DNA of 58,136 nt, filler included, from a bacterium (GCA_013360215.1; 4 parts of 4 records of this genome joined end to end with filler, not necessarily neighbours in it); one strand, 5' to 3'; shown: positions 1 to 10,173, numbered from the whole stretch's first letter. The notes: generated from the sequence alone by a model not told the origin. Numbers and translations are program-made.

Positions 1-280
<280 letters not shown>

Positions 281-314
281 TCTTAATTATCCTTCCATAA
301 CTCCTTTCACAGGT

Positions 315-352
315 AACAAAAATCCCCGGCCAATCGGTCGGGGTTTTTGTTT
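315..352. terminator. Intrinsic terminator, probably bidirectional
   Basis: AACAAAAA-TCCCCGGCC-aatc-GGTCGGGG-TTTTTGTT between converging ssb and fic. Confidence 0.8.
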
Positions 353-525
353 ATTGATGACGAAAATAGATGGCAAATGTTAATCCCTTCGCCTTTGGAA
401 GCGGTACATCGCGCCCGGCAAACAAGACGAGGACTGTGGCGAAAAGTCAGCGGCGTGGAGAGGGTACAACAAGCGCGGGATATATTTTAAGAGTAAAGTT
501 TGTGATGGTTGAAGAGTATTTTCTT

Positions 526-1437
526 TTAATCGTTTTCTTCGTAGTAATACGAATAGTCAATTCCTTTCATAAACATTTCCCTATCATTGATTTTGGTTGT
601 TAATGCTTTTTTTAAAAGCTTTTTAAGCGCATCGTTTTTTGTCGGGCTTTGCATCATGGCGTTCATATAGTCGCGTTTACTTATTTGGCTCCAATCTACA
701 CATTTTTTGAGACGCTTTTTTAAAATCAAATCCAGCCAGATTCGGGCGCTACGACCATTGCCTTCCATGAAAGGGTGTGCAATGTTCATTTCTATATCTT
801 TATTTACTATGTCGTCAAAAGTAGTTTCGGGCATTTTTTCTATTTGTTTTAAAGTTTCACCTAAAAAACCTGAAACGGCAAATCGGAAACCGCTTTTTGA
901 AATGTTTTTTTTTCGGATTTGTCCTGCGAATTCATACAAGCCGCCAAACAGATAAGCATGTATCTGTTGCAATCCCTTGGTGGTGCCTACTTCTATGCTG
1001 TTGATGAAAGAGCTTTCAAAAAGGGCATAGGCCTTGGTTTTACTTTTTCCGTCTATACTTTCATTACTGTACGTAAACCATTCGATAAACCGGTTGGCTC
1101 TTGTTCCGGGAAAAGTTTTTCCTAAGGCTATGATACCGTTATAGTCAAGCATGTCAGACATGCGTTTTTTGCCATCCGGTGCCAGTAATTTCAACTGGGT
1201 AGTGGCACTAACCACTTGACTACGCTCTTTTTTGAGCTTGGCTTTCAGGTATTTCCAGTAGTTACGAGCTTTGGTATAATCATCTTGATCGGTAAGCACC
1301 GCCACAATATCTAACACTGAAAACCACCACTTAGCATTTTGTTCGTCCCATACGGCTCGCACTTCACGGTCATTAAAAAAACGTATGGATATTTTGGCAG
1401 TGCTCATAATACGCGTTTGTATATTAACTTTATTCAA
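526..1437 (-). CDS. fic: Fic-family adenylyltransferase with N-terminal BRO/antirepressor-like domain (likely start 1407)
   Basis: [12 protein letters not shown] Fic motif; N-terminus [26 protein letters not shown]. Confidence 0.85.
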   Translation of the reverse strand: MNKVNIQTRIMSTAKISIRFFNDREVRAVWDEQNAKWWFSVLDIVAVLTDQDDYTKARNYWKYLKAKLKKERSQVVSATTQLKLLAPDGKKRMSDMLDYNGIIALGKTFPGTRANRFIEWFTYSNESIDGKSKTKAYALFESSFINSIEVGTTKGLQQIHAYLFGGLYEFAGQIRKKNISKSGFRFAVSGFLGETLKQIEKMPETTFDDIVNKDIEMNIAHPFMEGNGRSARIWLDLILKKRLKKCVDWSQISKRDYMNAMMQSPTKNDALKKLLKKALTTKINDREMFMKGIDYSYYYEEND

Positions 1438-1508
1438 GTTGCCTTGTAATTCAATGATTCAATGCCGGCAGAACTTTTCATTTTCTCGCAGCCTTCAACT
1501 TTCCTCGG

Positions 1509-1946
1509 CTATATCTGTCCTTTGTATCTTGCATCAAAATCTACCATCCACTCGATTCCATATTTGTCTCTAAACATACCAAAATAGGAACCCCAAGGAC
1601 TGTCAGAAATAGGCATTTCAATTTGTCCACCCTCCGAAAGCCCATGGAATATTTTGTCGGCTTCTTCTTTGCTTTCTGCGCTGACTACAATTTTGCTTCG
1701 ATTCTCATTTTCGTTAGTCCGTCCCAATATTTCGGGTACATCATTGGCCATTAATATACTTTTACCGATCGGTAAAGCGATGTGCATTATTTTATTGGCC
1801 TCATGTTCGGCGACCGGAAAGTCAGCGCTGGCCAAATCTTTGAAGCGAATTATTTTTGCGAACTCGCCGCCAAATACGGATTTGTAAAAATTGAAAGCTT
1901 CTTCCGCATTGCCGTTGAAATTGATGTGGGGATTGATACTCGCCAT
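1509..1946 (-). CDS. VOC/PhnB-like (glyoxalase superfamily) protein
   Basis: PHINFNGNAEEAFNFYKSVFGG...PWGSYFGMFRDKYGIEW. Confidence 0.88.
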   Translation of the reverse strand: MASINPHINFNGNAEEAFNFYKSVFGGEFAKIIRFKDLASADFPVAEHEANKIMHIALPIGKSILMANDVPEILGRTNENENRSKIVVSAESKEEADKIFHGLSEGGQIEMPISDSPWGSYFGMFRDKYGIEWMVDFDARYKGQI

Positions 1947-1977
1947 ACCGGTAACTCTTTCAGTTGATTTAACTTTT

Positions 1978-2104
1978 TAACGTTGAAGCCAAAAATTTTC
2001 ATACTTGGTGGCAGGGGACTCCGGGCTATCCCGCAAACTTCCGGGATACAAAGTGCCAAGTTTCCACGTCAGTCCGTCGGGTACAAAACCCGTGTTATGG
2101 GGCG
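1978..2104 (-). mobile_element. Degenerate attC-like site downstream of the KOW gene
   Basis: Minus strand CGCCCCATAAC-ACGGGTTTTG..., with the R''-like TAAC overlapping the stop codon; distal half eroded. Confidence 0.4.
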
Positions 2105-2304
2105 TTTTTTTTGTTCTTTACGACTTCCACATTTCTGCCAAGGGTCTTAAATCTAACACCATTACTTTGCAAAACAGTGATAGTAATGTGTCCCGTTTTA
2201 CTGGTATTCAGATCTTGCACAATGCCGGCTTTTCCCTTATGTGTGCCACCGATGACAATACAGGAGTCTCCGTTTTTTAGTTTTTTGGTTTTGGTATTGT
2301 CCAT
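2095..2304 (-). CDS. Small KOW-motif RNA-binding protein
   Basis: LKNGDSCIVIGGTHKGKAGIV KOW motif. Confidence 0.75.
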   Translation of the reverse strand: MDNTKTKKLKNGDSCIVIGGTHKGKAGIVQDLNTSKTGHITITVLQSNGVRFKTLGRNVEVVKNKKNAP

Positions 2305-2400
2305 AGTATGCGCTTTCGATGTTTCATTATAAATAATGGGAAATCGTAGAGTACAATTCCGTCGTACCGAAAAGATATGCGGATGAAAAAAAAGGGTGGA

Positions 2401-3990
2401 TTAACACACCTTAAAAAACTTCTTGTTGCTCTCCGCTTGGTTCTTTTCGAGCGTCGCTTCTATTTTTTTGGCGGTTTTGGTGATAGCCAGGCCGCCCAGT
2501 CCGGTACACCGCAATGTATTGGGTATGGCGTCGCCCACCTTTTTCATGGTTTCAATTACTTCGTCCAATGGAATAAGGTGATTATAGTTGGACAAGGCCA
2601 TATTGGCGCAGGACAATGCGTTGGTCGCGGCCATGACGTTTCTATTCAAGCAGGGCGCTTCCACGCGGTCGGCGATCATGTCGCAAATCATGCCTAAAGA
2701 CGACTGCAACGCCATCGAAGAAGCCGCCAGCGCCTGATCGAGCGTGCCTTTTTTTATTCCCACGATACCGGCCGCCGCCATGCCTGATCCGGATCCGCAT
2801 TCGGCCATACAGCCGCCCACCTCGGCCGCAAACGTAGCATGCGCCGCAATAAATACGCCTATGATACCGGCCGCCAGCATCGCTTTTACCATCTCGTCTT
2901 GCGAAAGATGGAGCGCATCGCTCAAACCGATAACAGCCCCGGGTAATGCGCCGCACGATCCCGCTGTAGGGGCCGCCACGACCACGCCCATCGAACTTTT
3001 CACTTCCATCATGGCCGACGTGTATAGTATCACCCGGTTTAATACATCGCCTTCGATCAACTTCTTGTCCTTCATCTGCTGTTGAAATTCTACAGATTGT
3101 GCGCCTAATATACGATCGGCGTAGGTCGTTCCTTTTAGGCCAAGAGCAATGGCGTTTTGCATGATCTCTACGATGGCACGCATTTTTTCAAAAACTTCCT
3201 GCCTCGTGATATTACCGCGCATGCTTTCATAGTCAACGGCCAGTTCCCACAATTCCAGGTTTTTTCCTTTGTTATACGCCAGCATTTCTTCGCATGTGAT
3301 AAAAGGAACGGTTAAGTCTTTTCGGGACATCACCGGCAGGACCGGATTCAGTTTTTTTATAAAAAGCACATCGTCTATGGATTGCAATTCGCGACAGAGC
3401 TGATCGGGGAGAAACTGATTGGATTTGATTTCGATGAAAGTAGATTTTCCTTTTCGCAATCCGATCTCATCGCATGGAAACGATTTTTCGATGAACGAAA
3501 TAATCTCGCCGGGCGACTTCACGTAAACAAGCGTTTGATAAAAGTCTCCGGCCATGCGGACTTGCGCGCCATCGATCTCTATGACTTCGATCATTCCGCC
3601 GCCGGTAGAGATGGCGGTGAGTTCCCTTGTTTCAGACGCATTGCTTAATGTTATTTTGTACGTATTGGGGTGGGTAGCGCCGATGGGATGAATCGCGATC
3701 TTTATGTCTATGCCGGCTTCATCTACGGCCTGCTGATAGTCGGGTAGGCGTTCCTCATAGGCTTCCCATCCCAGAAATCCGCCAAACAACCCCATATCCG
3801 AACCTTGCCCTTTGTGCGTGGTTGCGAGCGAGCCGTCGGGATCAAATTCGATATAAACTTCCCGGATATCACCGTCCATAAGGTCACGGCCTATGCGGCC
3901 TATCCGCAGCGACGCGGCACAATGCGAACTGGATGGTCCTCGCATGACCGGACCGATGACATCGTTGAAAATACTGGGATAGGTTTTCAT
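2401..3990 (-). CDS. sdaA: Fe-S-dependent L-serine dehydratase, fused beta+alpha subunits
   Basis: SIFNDVIGPVMRGPSSSHC (beta); APTAGSCG, AEVGGCMAE, ICD..VEAPC (alpha). Confidence 0.88.
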   Translation of the reverse strand: MKTYPSIFNDVIGPVMRGPSSSHCAASLRIGRIGRDLMDGDIREVYIEFDPDGSLATTHKGQGSDMGLFGGFLGWEAYEERLPDYQQAVDEAGIDIKIAIHPIGATHPNTYKITLSNASETRELTAISTGGGMIEVIEIDGAQVRMAGDFYQTLVYVKSPGEIISFIEKSFPCDEIGLRKGKSTFIEIKSNQFLPDQLCRELQSIDDVLFIKKLNPVLPVMSRKDLTVPFITCEEMLAYNKGKNLELWELAVDYESMRGNITRQEVFEKMRAIVEIMQNAIALGLKGTTYADRILGAQSVEFQQQMKDKKLIEGDVLNRVILYTSAMMEVKSSMGVVVAAPTAGSCGALPGAVIGLSDALHLSQDEMVKAMLAAGIIGVFIAAHATFAAEVGGCMAECGSGSGMAAAGIVGIKKGTLDQALAASSMALQSSLGMICDMIADRVEAPCLNRNVMAATNALSCANMALSNYNHLIPLDEVIETMKKVGDAIPNTLRCTGLGGLAITKTAKKIEATLEKNQAESNKKFFKVC

Positions 3991-4242
3991 CGTTGTTTTT
4001 TCATTCTTAGTTTATATCCGGTAGCATGATGGGACGGCCTCACCGCACGGTGTAAGCTTCTGATTTTTTCATGGAAAATAAGCCGTGAGGGGTTACAAAT
4101 AGTCACATAATGTGGGAACTAAAACCCCATTTGTCAATTGAATTTTCAAAAGAATAGAGCGGCCTCGTAGGAGGCTGACGAAATCATAGGCCTTAGAAAC
4201 GCTTTGTGGCTTGCCGGAGTGGGGGATTGCGGGATTGAATCT

Positions 4243-4698
4243 TTAATTTCGACTAATTAGAGTAGAATGGAGATGTTTTACCTTCCATTGATTTTTTTGG
4301 TTTTCTAAAAATACTGATTCAAGCCATTGTATGGTAGTTTGTTTGCTGTCTTTGGTGATTGTTGACTTGAGTCGGTATGTTACCCATGCTGTATGGGTAT
4401 CTGTTTCGGTGTTGATGAATTCAAAAGTATTGGTACGATTAAAATCGGGATCGGTATTCCTGGTGATGGCTTTATGGATCAAGGTGTCAATATTCCAAAC
4501 CTGTCCGTATTCATACAAAGTAATGTCGGCAGTGCAATGGGCTTTAAGATTTACCGAATCTCGTTTTGATAAAGCTTCAAACATTTTTACAACGGTTTGC
4601 TGAACTTCTTGCCGGTCTTTTGTCAATAGTTGTTGTGCCTGCAAAAATGTCGCAAGAGAAGCTGTAATGAGTAGAAGAAATGCTTTTTTCAATATCAT
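4243..4698 (-). CDS. Secreted NTF2-like/DUF4440 protein
   Basis: Signal peptide; VQQTVVKMFEAL...WLESVFL..WKVKHLHST. Confidence 0.7.
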   Translation of the reverse strand: MILKKAFLLLITASLATFLQAQQLLTKDRQEVQQTVVKMFEALSKRDSVNLKAHCTADITLYEYGQVWNIDTLIHKAITRNTDPDFNRTNTFEFINTETDTHTAWVTYRLKSTITKDSKQTTIQWLESVFLENQKNQWKVKHLHSTLISRN

Positions 4699-4744
4699 TG
4701 ATTTATTTCTTGGTTATCAAAAATTGTGAGGCGTCCGAATGTAT

Positions 4745-4885
4745 AGCAGCCAATGTTTTCCGGCTTGGCGTTCGGGAGGAAATTCGGAGCACAAAAGTTC
4801 AATCGAAGAACTGCACCTGAATCTGCCACAAAACTGTCATACGAAGCACTGTACCCGCGATTGCGCCAAACCGCTGTTACCAGCT
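4745..4885 (-). mobile_element. attC-like recombination site (~140 bp) downstream of hsdR
   Basis: Minus strand: R''-like GGTAAC, inner arms CGGTTTGGCG/CGCCAAGCCG, R'-like ATTGGCTGC (GTT changed to ATT). Confidence 0.6.
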
Positions 4886-4966
4886 ACTCTTCTTTTCTGT
4901 CGTATTGTTCTCTGTTCATGTTGATGTGTCTTGGTGCGTTGGCTGTATGTGTTTGTTGTCCTGTCA

Positions 4967-7375
4967 TTACGCTGCTTTCTGTTTGTAAAGATGTTCTTGA
5001 AATTCTATAAACAGTCTGCTGATGTTTGCCACGTCTCCCAAAATTTCTTTTGCGTCTTCCAATGATTGATACTTGTTAGTCAGCAAGATTGGTAATTTTT
5101 CTTGGTCGAGTTCGTCCACGCCTGTTTCAATGTATTTACTCAAAACGAACGTGATAAACTCTTTTTGTTTGTCGTTGAGTAAGGCAAAAATTGTCGCTTC
5201 TGCTGCTTTGGCTCTTGCTTCTCTTGTCATTGCGATATAGTCGCCATTAAAAACGTATTCCAACACATCATACAAGTCGCTTTTTTCCATATCTACCAAC
5301 TTTTGTAAAGTCAGTAAATCGTCTTTCGGGAAACCTGCTGATTCCAAATTCTCCAACAAAACTTTTCGGGTAATTGGATTGCTCCAAATTTTTCGCAATT
5401 CTTCTTCGTCTTTGAAAAGCTTAGGCAATTCACCAAACAAATTATTCAAAAATTCTTCTGCTGAAATGGGTTTGCCGTCTGCACTCCAAAACGAAGTGGA
5501 AACCATATGTTGGATTTCTCGCTCTTTGCCGTTTTTCAGTTTGATTTTTACTTTTTTCTTGCAAACACATGGTATCTGACCACATTTTTCACAAGGTTTT
5601 GGTGGTTCTATTATGCAAATACAAGGTCTTTCTCCGCAAATGGGGCAATGTTCTGGTGGAACGTATTCGCACTCACACGGATTTTGTCCGCACTTTTTGC
5701 ACGGTTCTTCTTCCAAAGGCTCTCCGTCCCATTCGGGGTCTGAAAAGTGTTTGTAGGCATCAACAAAGTCGTAAATGGTAAAAAACTCTTTGCCGTCAAA
5801 CAAACGTGTGCCACGCCCAACGATTTGTTTAAACTCAATCATTGAGTTGACAGGACGAAGCAAAACGATATTCCGAATGTTCCTTGCATCAACTCCCGTA
5901 GAAAGTTTTTGCGAAGTAGTCAGAATAGTTGGGATTGTTTTTTCGTTGTCCTTAAATTCACGCAACAGTCTTTCACCTTCTTCTCCATCATTGGCAGTAA
6001 CACGAACACAATAAAACGGGTCTTTACTTTTTGCGTTTTGGTTTACCAAATCTCTAATCAAAGCTGCGTGTCCTTGATTGGCACAAAAGATTATTGCCTT
6101 TTCGTTTTGGTTGGCTTCATCTAAAAAGATATTTACCCGTTTGGCTTCTCGTTCTACAATTTCAATGGTGCGGTTAAAGTCTTTTTCTTCATACAACTTG
6201 CCTTCTTCAATTTCGCCTTCCACAATCGTGTCGTCCGAAGTGTAGCGGTAATCGTCCAAAGTGGTTTTGATGCGTTTTACTTTGAAAGGCGTTAAAAAGC
6301 CGTCATTGATGCCTTCTTTCAGCGAATAGATGTAAACAGGTTCACCAAAGTATTTGTAAGTATCAACATTGTCTTTTCGCTTGGGTGTTGCGGTTAAACC
6401 CAATTGCACTGCCGGACTGAAATATTCTAAAATGCTTCGCCAATTGCTTTCGTCATTTGCTCCGCCACGGTGGCACTCGTCAATGATGATAAAATCAAAA
6501 TAGTCGGCTGGATATTCGCCAAAGTAGGGTGTAGGCTTTCCTTCTGCATCCGTGCCACTCATAAAGGTTTGAAAAATGGTAAAGAAAATACTGCCGTTGG
6601 TCGGCACTTTTCCGTTTTTCTTTATCTCGTTGGGTTTTATCCGAACTAAAGCATCTTCGGGAAATGCTGAAAATGAATTGTAGGCTTGGTCGGCTAATAT
6701 GTTTCTGTCGGCTAAAAATAAAATTCTCGGTCTTCGGTTGCCGTCTCGTTTTAAGTTCCAACGGGTTTGAAAAAGTTTCCAAGCTATTTGAAAAGCGATT
6801 GCCGTTTTTCCTGTTCCTGTGGCAAGGGTGAGTAAAATTCTTTCTTTGCTTTGTGCAATGGCTTCAACGGTTCGTTGAACGGCTATTTCCTGATAATATC
6901 TTAACTGCCAACTTCCGCTTTTGTCTTCAAATGGAACATTAGCAAACTTTTCTCGCCACACTTCGACAAGCTCAGTGTTCGAGCTTTTTGGGTAGGTTTT
7001 ATTCCAAAGTTCCTCAGGGCTTAGAAAATCTGTTACCAAACCTTCTTTGCCTGTTATCATACAGATTTGGTAAATGGCTTTTCCGTTGGTGCTGTATGTG
7101 GTTTCTAATTTTAATTTCTCCGCATATTTCTTGGCTTGCATTACGCCTTCGCCAACTTCCAATTCATCACTTTTAGCTTCAACCACTGCCAACTTGATGC
7201 CTTTGTAAACCAACACATAATCGGCAATTTCTCTTTTGCCCCTGCCACCACCTGTTTGAATTTTACCTGCCGTTATGTTGTATTCACGAAGGACTTTAGA
7301 ACCTTCCACAACGCCCCAACCGCAAGCTATTAGCTTTGGGTCTATGAGTTCTGCTCTTGTTTCTGCTTCGTTCAT
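4967..7375 (-). CDS. hsdR: Type I restriction endonuclease subunit R (EcoAI/EcoEI-like)
   Basis: ADYVL..VVEAK nuclease motif, ATGTGKT, DECH, LTATP, QIVGRGTR; next to hsdS and hsdM. Confidence 0.93.
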   Translation of the reverse strand: MNEAETRAELIDPKLIACGWGVVEGSKVLREYNITAGKIQTGGGRGKREIADYVLVYKGIKLAVVEAKSDELEVGEGVMQAKKYAEKLKLETTYSTNGKAIYQICMITGKEGLVTDFLSPEELWNKTYPKSSNTELVEVWREKFANVPFEDKSGSWQLRYYQEIAVQRTVEAIAQSKERILLTLATGTGKTAIAFQIAWKLFQTRWNLKRDGNRRPRILFLADRNILADQAYNSFSAFPEDALVRIKPNEIKKNGKVPTNGSIFFTIFQTFMSGTDAEGKPTPYFGEYPADYFDFIIIDECHRGGANDESNWRSILEYFSPAVQLGLTATPKRKDNVDTYKYFGEPVYIYSLKEGINDGFLTPFKVKRIKTTLDDYRYTSDDTIVEGEIEEGKLYEEKDFNRTIEIVEREAKRVNIFLDEANQNEKAIIFCANQGHAALIRDLVNQNAKSKDPFYCVRVTANDGEEGERLLREFKDNEKTIPTILTTSQKLSTGVDARNIRNIVLLRPVNSMIEFKQIVGRGTRLFDGKEFFTIYDFVDAYKHFSDPEWDGEPLEEEPCKKCGQNPCECEYVPPEHCPICGERPCICIIEPPKPCEKCGQIPCVCKKKVKIKLKNGKEREIQHMVSTSFWSADGKPISAEEFLNNLFGELPKLFKDEEELRKIWSNPITRKVLLENLESAGFPKDDLLTLQKLVDMEKSDLYDVLEYVFNGDYIAMTREARAKAAEATIFALLNDKQKEFITFVLSKYIETGVDELDQEKLPILLTNKYQSLEDAKEILGDVANISRLFIEFQEHLYKQKAA
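6958..6978 (+). repeat. Bulged-hairpin element, in-frame inside hsdR
   Basis: ACACT-TC-GA-CAAGC-TC-AGTGT. Confidence 0.75.
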
Positions 7376-7387
7376 AATTTCTCTTTT

Positions 7388-7539
7388 ATCAAATGACCAT
7401 CAAATAAAATCGGTCTGCCAATCACATAACCATCACATAATAAAGCGTTGATTATCAAAGATTTGAATTGGATATTGGCGCCACCTATCACATAGCCATC
7501 ACATAAGAATTCTGAGGTAGTCAAATAACCATCAAATAA
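7388..7539. repeat. Four 20-bp direct repeats (consensus ATCAMATAACCATCAMATAA) in 11-bp register
   Basis: Copies at 7388, 7421, 7487 and 7520; all offsets are multiples of 33. Confidence 0.85.
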
Positions 7540-7543
7540 GGAT

Positions 7544-8989
7544 TTAAGCCCAAAATGGTATGTAGCTGGCATATTTTCTTGATTTACTGTCTGGGTCATC
7601 TTCTTTAATTACTTTATCATCAATGGCATCTCGAATAATGCGGGAAGCAATTGAATAGTTATGGTCTTCAATTTTGAATCTTTCTCTTAAGCTTTGATTG
7701 GTCATTTTCTCGTTTGATACATATTTCAAACAAGCGTGTTGATAGCAAGCTCTGATTTTTTCTTTTTTATCTAATTCATTCAAAGTTTTATAACAATACA
7801 TTGTAACACGAGTTCTATTCTCTGCAACTACCACATTGATGGCAGGCAGTTGATACAATTCATTGTAAAAAATAACCTTGTCTAATCCACTGCCTTTTTC
7901 TTCGCAAAAACCCATTCTTCGCATAAGGTCTGCTAATTTTTCATTGCGTGATAAGTAAGCATCAATAAATCGGTCGGGTGTAACCAAAGGCGTTCCAGGA
8001 TTAGATATTTCAATTCTGTCAGTAAAAATCTCAACCATTGGAAAACCTTTTTCGGTCAAATCCTGATGGATAAGAGCATTAGCAACTAATTCTCTGATGG
8101 CGATTTCAGGATACATTCGGGTTTCTTTTCTCAATGCTTTTCCTATTTCTTCATTTGCAGGCAATTGGCTGTTTATCCAATTTACTAAACCTTCAAAACC
8201 TAAAGCATAACCTTTGGCTCCAATTTGCTCCCGCTCTGTTTCAACTTTGTTTTTGACCTTGTAAACGATAACACGAACTGATTTTCGTTCCACGCTTTCA
8301 AAATCTTTTAACTGCTTAGCAAAAAGCAAAGCCCCTAATTTGGTAATTGCATAACCATTATTCTTTACTACTAAACCTTCATCCATAAACTTATCAATTA
8401 CGCCTTGCTGATTAGAAGGATACGGCAGTTTCAACAAGTCAAAATAAGCTTCAGTGCTTAGATACTTGGTGATATCCGATGCACTCAGATTGTCTTTTGC
8501 AATTTCTTTTTCAAATGGTATAGTATCCTTGTTCCAGATTTTAGCTTGTTTCTGTGGAAACTCATTCAACTTTCTGGTGATGCTGCTCACACGGATGTAT
8601 GCCTTATGCAGAAATTCAACGGGCTGGTTTTTAGTAGCAGGGATTACATAGATAGAGATGTGTCGGTTTGCGTCATAATCAAACTCATAAACTGCAAAAT
8701 CAATTCTTGGATTTAATCGGGTAAGCAACCAATGCTCTAAATCCTCATTTCCTTTTTTGGCGGTTTTAGCTTTGAAGGTTGTTCCTTTAATAATTTGAGT
8801 TTTGTCTTCTACACCGAAAATCAAATAACCAAATGGCTGATTGTGAATACAAGCACCGTTCGATAAAGCTGAAATACACTCTCCAATTTCTTCTGCTGAA
8901 TGAAAATTGAGTTTGAACTCCACCCATTCACTTTCGTGTGGCTGTTTTACAAGCTCGTTTAATAATTCTATCAATTGTTGTTCATTCAT
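7544..8989 (-). CDS. AlbA_2/Schlafen-like DNA-binding protein with HATPase_c_4 and C-terminal wHTH
   Basis: ESEWVEFK, ISALSN..GYLIFGV, AIRELVANALIHQD, RNEKLADLM..GFCEEKGSG. Confidence 0.85.
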   Translation of the reverse strand: MNEQQLIELLNELVKQPHESEWVEFKLNFHSAEEIGECISALSNGACIHNQPFGYLIFGVEDKTQIIKGTTFKAKTAKKGNEDLEHWLLTRLNPRIDFAVYEFDYDANRHISIYVIPATKNQPVEFLHKAYIRVSSITRKLNEFPQKQAKIWNKDTIPFEKEIAKDNLSASDITKYLSTEAYFDLLKLPYPSNQQGVIDKFMDEGLVVKNNGYAITKLGALLFAKQLKDFESVERKSVRVIVYKVKNKVETEREQIGAKGYALGFEGLVNWINSQLPANEEIGKALRKETRMYPEIAIRELVANALIHQDLTEKGFPMVEIFTDRIEISNPGTPLVTPDRFIDAYLSRNEKLADLMRRMGFCEEKGSGLDKVIFYNELYQLPAINVVVAENRTRVTMYCYKTLNELDKKEKIRACYQHACLKYVSNEKMTNQSLRERFKIEDHNYSIASRIIRDAIDDKVIKEDDPDSKSRKYASYIPFWA

Positions 8990-10146
8990 ACCGCAACTGC
9001 TTTTTCAGTTTTTAGTTCGACAGGCTCACCACCACGCAATTCCCCCGCAAATGCCTTTTGCAAGATGGATTTTTTCAGTTCTTCCAAATCCTCTATTTTC
9101 TTTTGATACACCGCTTCCAACTTTTGCGTTTCGGCCCGCAGGGCATCTAATTGGCGGACGATAGTTTGTTGTTCTTCAATGGAAGGAATTGGAATTGGAA
9201 TTTTATTTAGCATTGCCTGATTTAATTTGGGCTGTGCCATTCCGCTTACATAATCATCTATTCTAATTGAGTTGATATAAACTTCAACAAATTTTTGAGT
9301 GACGGTATTTGGAAACTTCAAAACGTGTGTGTGATTATTTACCCAAGTTTTTCCTGAAATTGAAAAAGCAATCGGATAGGTTCTTGTTAAAAGGTTTGCA
9401 CCATCTTCTGAAACACAAAGTAAATCTTCATTAAAAAGGTAGTCGGCTACGTAATCAACGATTCCTGATGCACCATAATAAGGTATATCTCCGCTTTTCC
9501 TTTGGTTTTTGGTAATCGGAACCCTTTTACTGTCGAGATTTTCCGAAATCTGATTTAATGTTTTTGTTTCCCAATTTCCATTCTCAAACAACCCCTGCAA
9601 ATAACTTTCAAAAAGTTCTTTGGCGTTTTTGAGGTTTTTTATGGCGGCATTTCGACTTCGCTCAATGACCTCAAAGGCTTCATCTAATATGGAAACTATG
9701 CGTTGTTGTTCGGGGAGAGGGGGAAGAGGGATTGGAATTTTATTCAGCATTGCCTGATTTAATTTAGGTTGTGCCATTCCACTCACATAGTCATCAACTC
9801 TAATTGAGTTCAAATAAAGTTCAATAAATTTTTGTGTGTTGAAATTTTTAAAACGTAAGACGTGTGCGTGATTGTTTACCCAAGTTTTACCTGAAATTGA
9901 AAATGCAATTGGATATGTTCTTGCTAATAGATTTGCCCCATCTTCCGAGACACACAGTAAATCTTCATCAAAAATGTAATCAGAAACATAATCAACTATT
10001 CCAGAAGCTCCGTAATAAGGTATATCTCCTTTTGTTCTTTTGCTTTGAGTTATAGGTATTCGTTTACTATCTAAGTTTTCACAAACTTCCCCCAACTTCT
10101 TTATTTCCCAACCCTTCGGCAGGCTCAGTGTATCACCTTGCTTCAC
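8986..10146 (-). CDS. hsdS: Type I R-M specificity subunit with two near-identical TRDs
   Basis: W..K.L, IPIPLPPLPEQQRIV and IPIPIPSIEEQQTIV, SILQKAFAGEL. Confidence 0.93.
   Translation of the reverse strand: MKQGDTLSLPKGWEIKKLGEVCENLDSKRIPITQSKRTKGDIPYYGASGIVDYVSDYIFDEDLLCVSEDGANLLARTYPIAFSISGKTWVNNHAHVLRFKNFNTQKFIELYLNSIRVDDYVSGMAQPKLNQAMLNKIPIPLPPLPEQQRIVSILDEAFEVIERSRNAAIKNLKNAKELFESYLQGLFENGNWETKTLNQISENLDSKRVPITKNQRKSGDIPYYGASGIVDYVADYLFNEDLLCVSEDGANLLTRTYPIAFSISGKTWVNNHTHVLKFPNTVTQKFVEVYINSIRIDDYVSGMAQPKLNQAMLNKIPIPIPSIEEQQTIVRQLDALRAETQKLEAVYQKKIEDLEELKKSILQKAFAGELRGGEPVELKTEKAVAV
9015..9029 (+). repeat. Bulged-hairpin element at the hsdS 3' end
   Basis: GT-TC-GA-CAGGC-TC-AC. Confidence 0.65.
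10112..10130 (+). repeat. Degenerate bulged-hairpin element at the hsdS 5' end
   Basis: CCCT-TC-GG-CAGGC-TC-AGTG. Confidence 0.6.
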
Positions 10147-10173
10147 AACAGTTCCAAAATTGAGTAAGTAATA

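Noticed and set aside
370-603. 77-aa ORF after ssb
   Set aside because: It lies beyond a terminator, overlaps the fic 3' end in antisense and has no motif.
7388-7539. Possible mini-CRISPR
   Set aside because: The repeats are 20 bp and internally periodic with 13/46/13-bp gaps, which is not CRISPR geometry.
8986-10146. Phase-variable (invertible) hsdS locus
   Set aside because: There is a single hsdS, the repeats are direct rather than inverted, and no recombinase is present.
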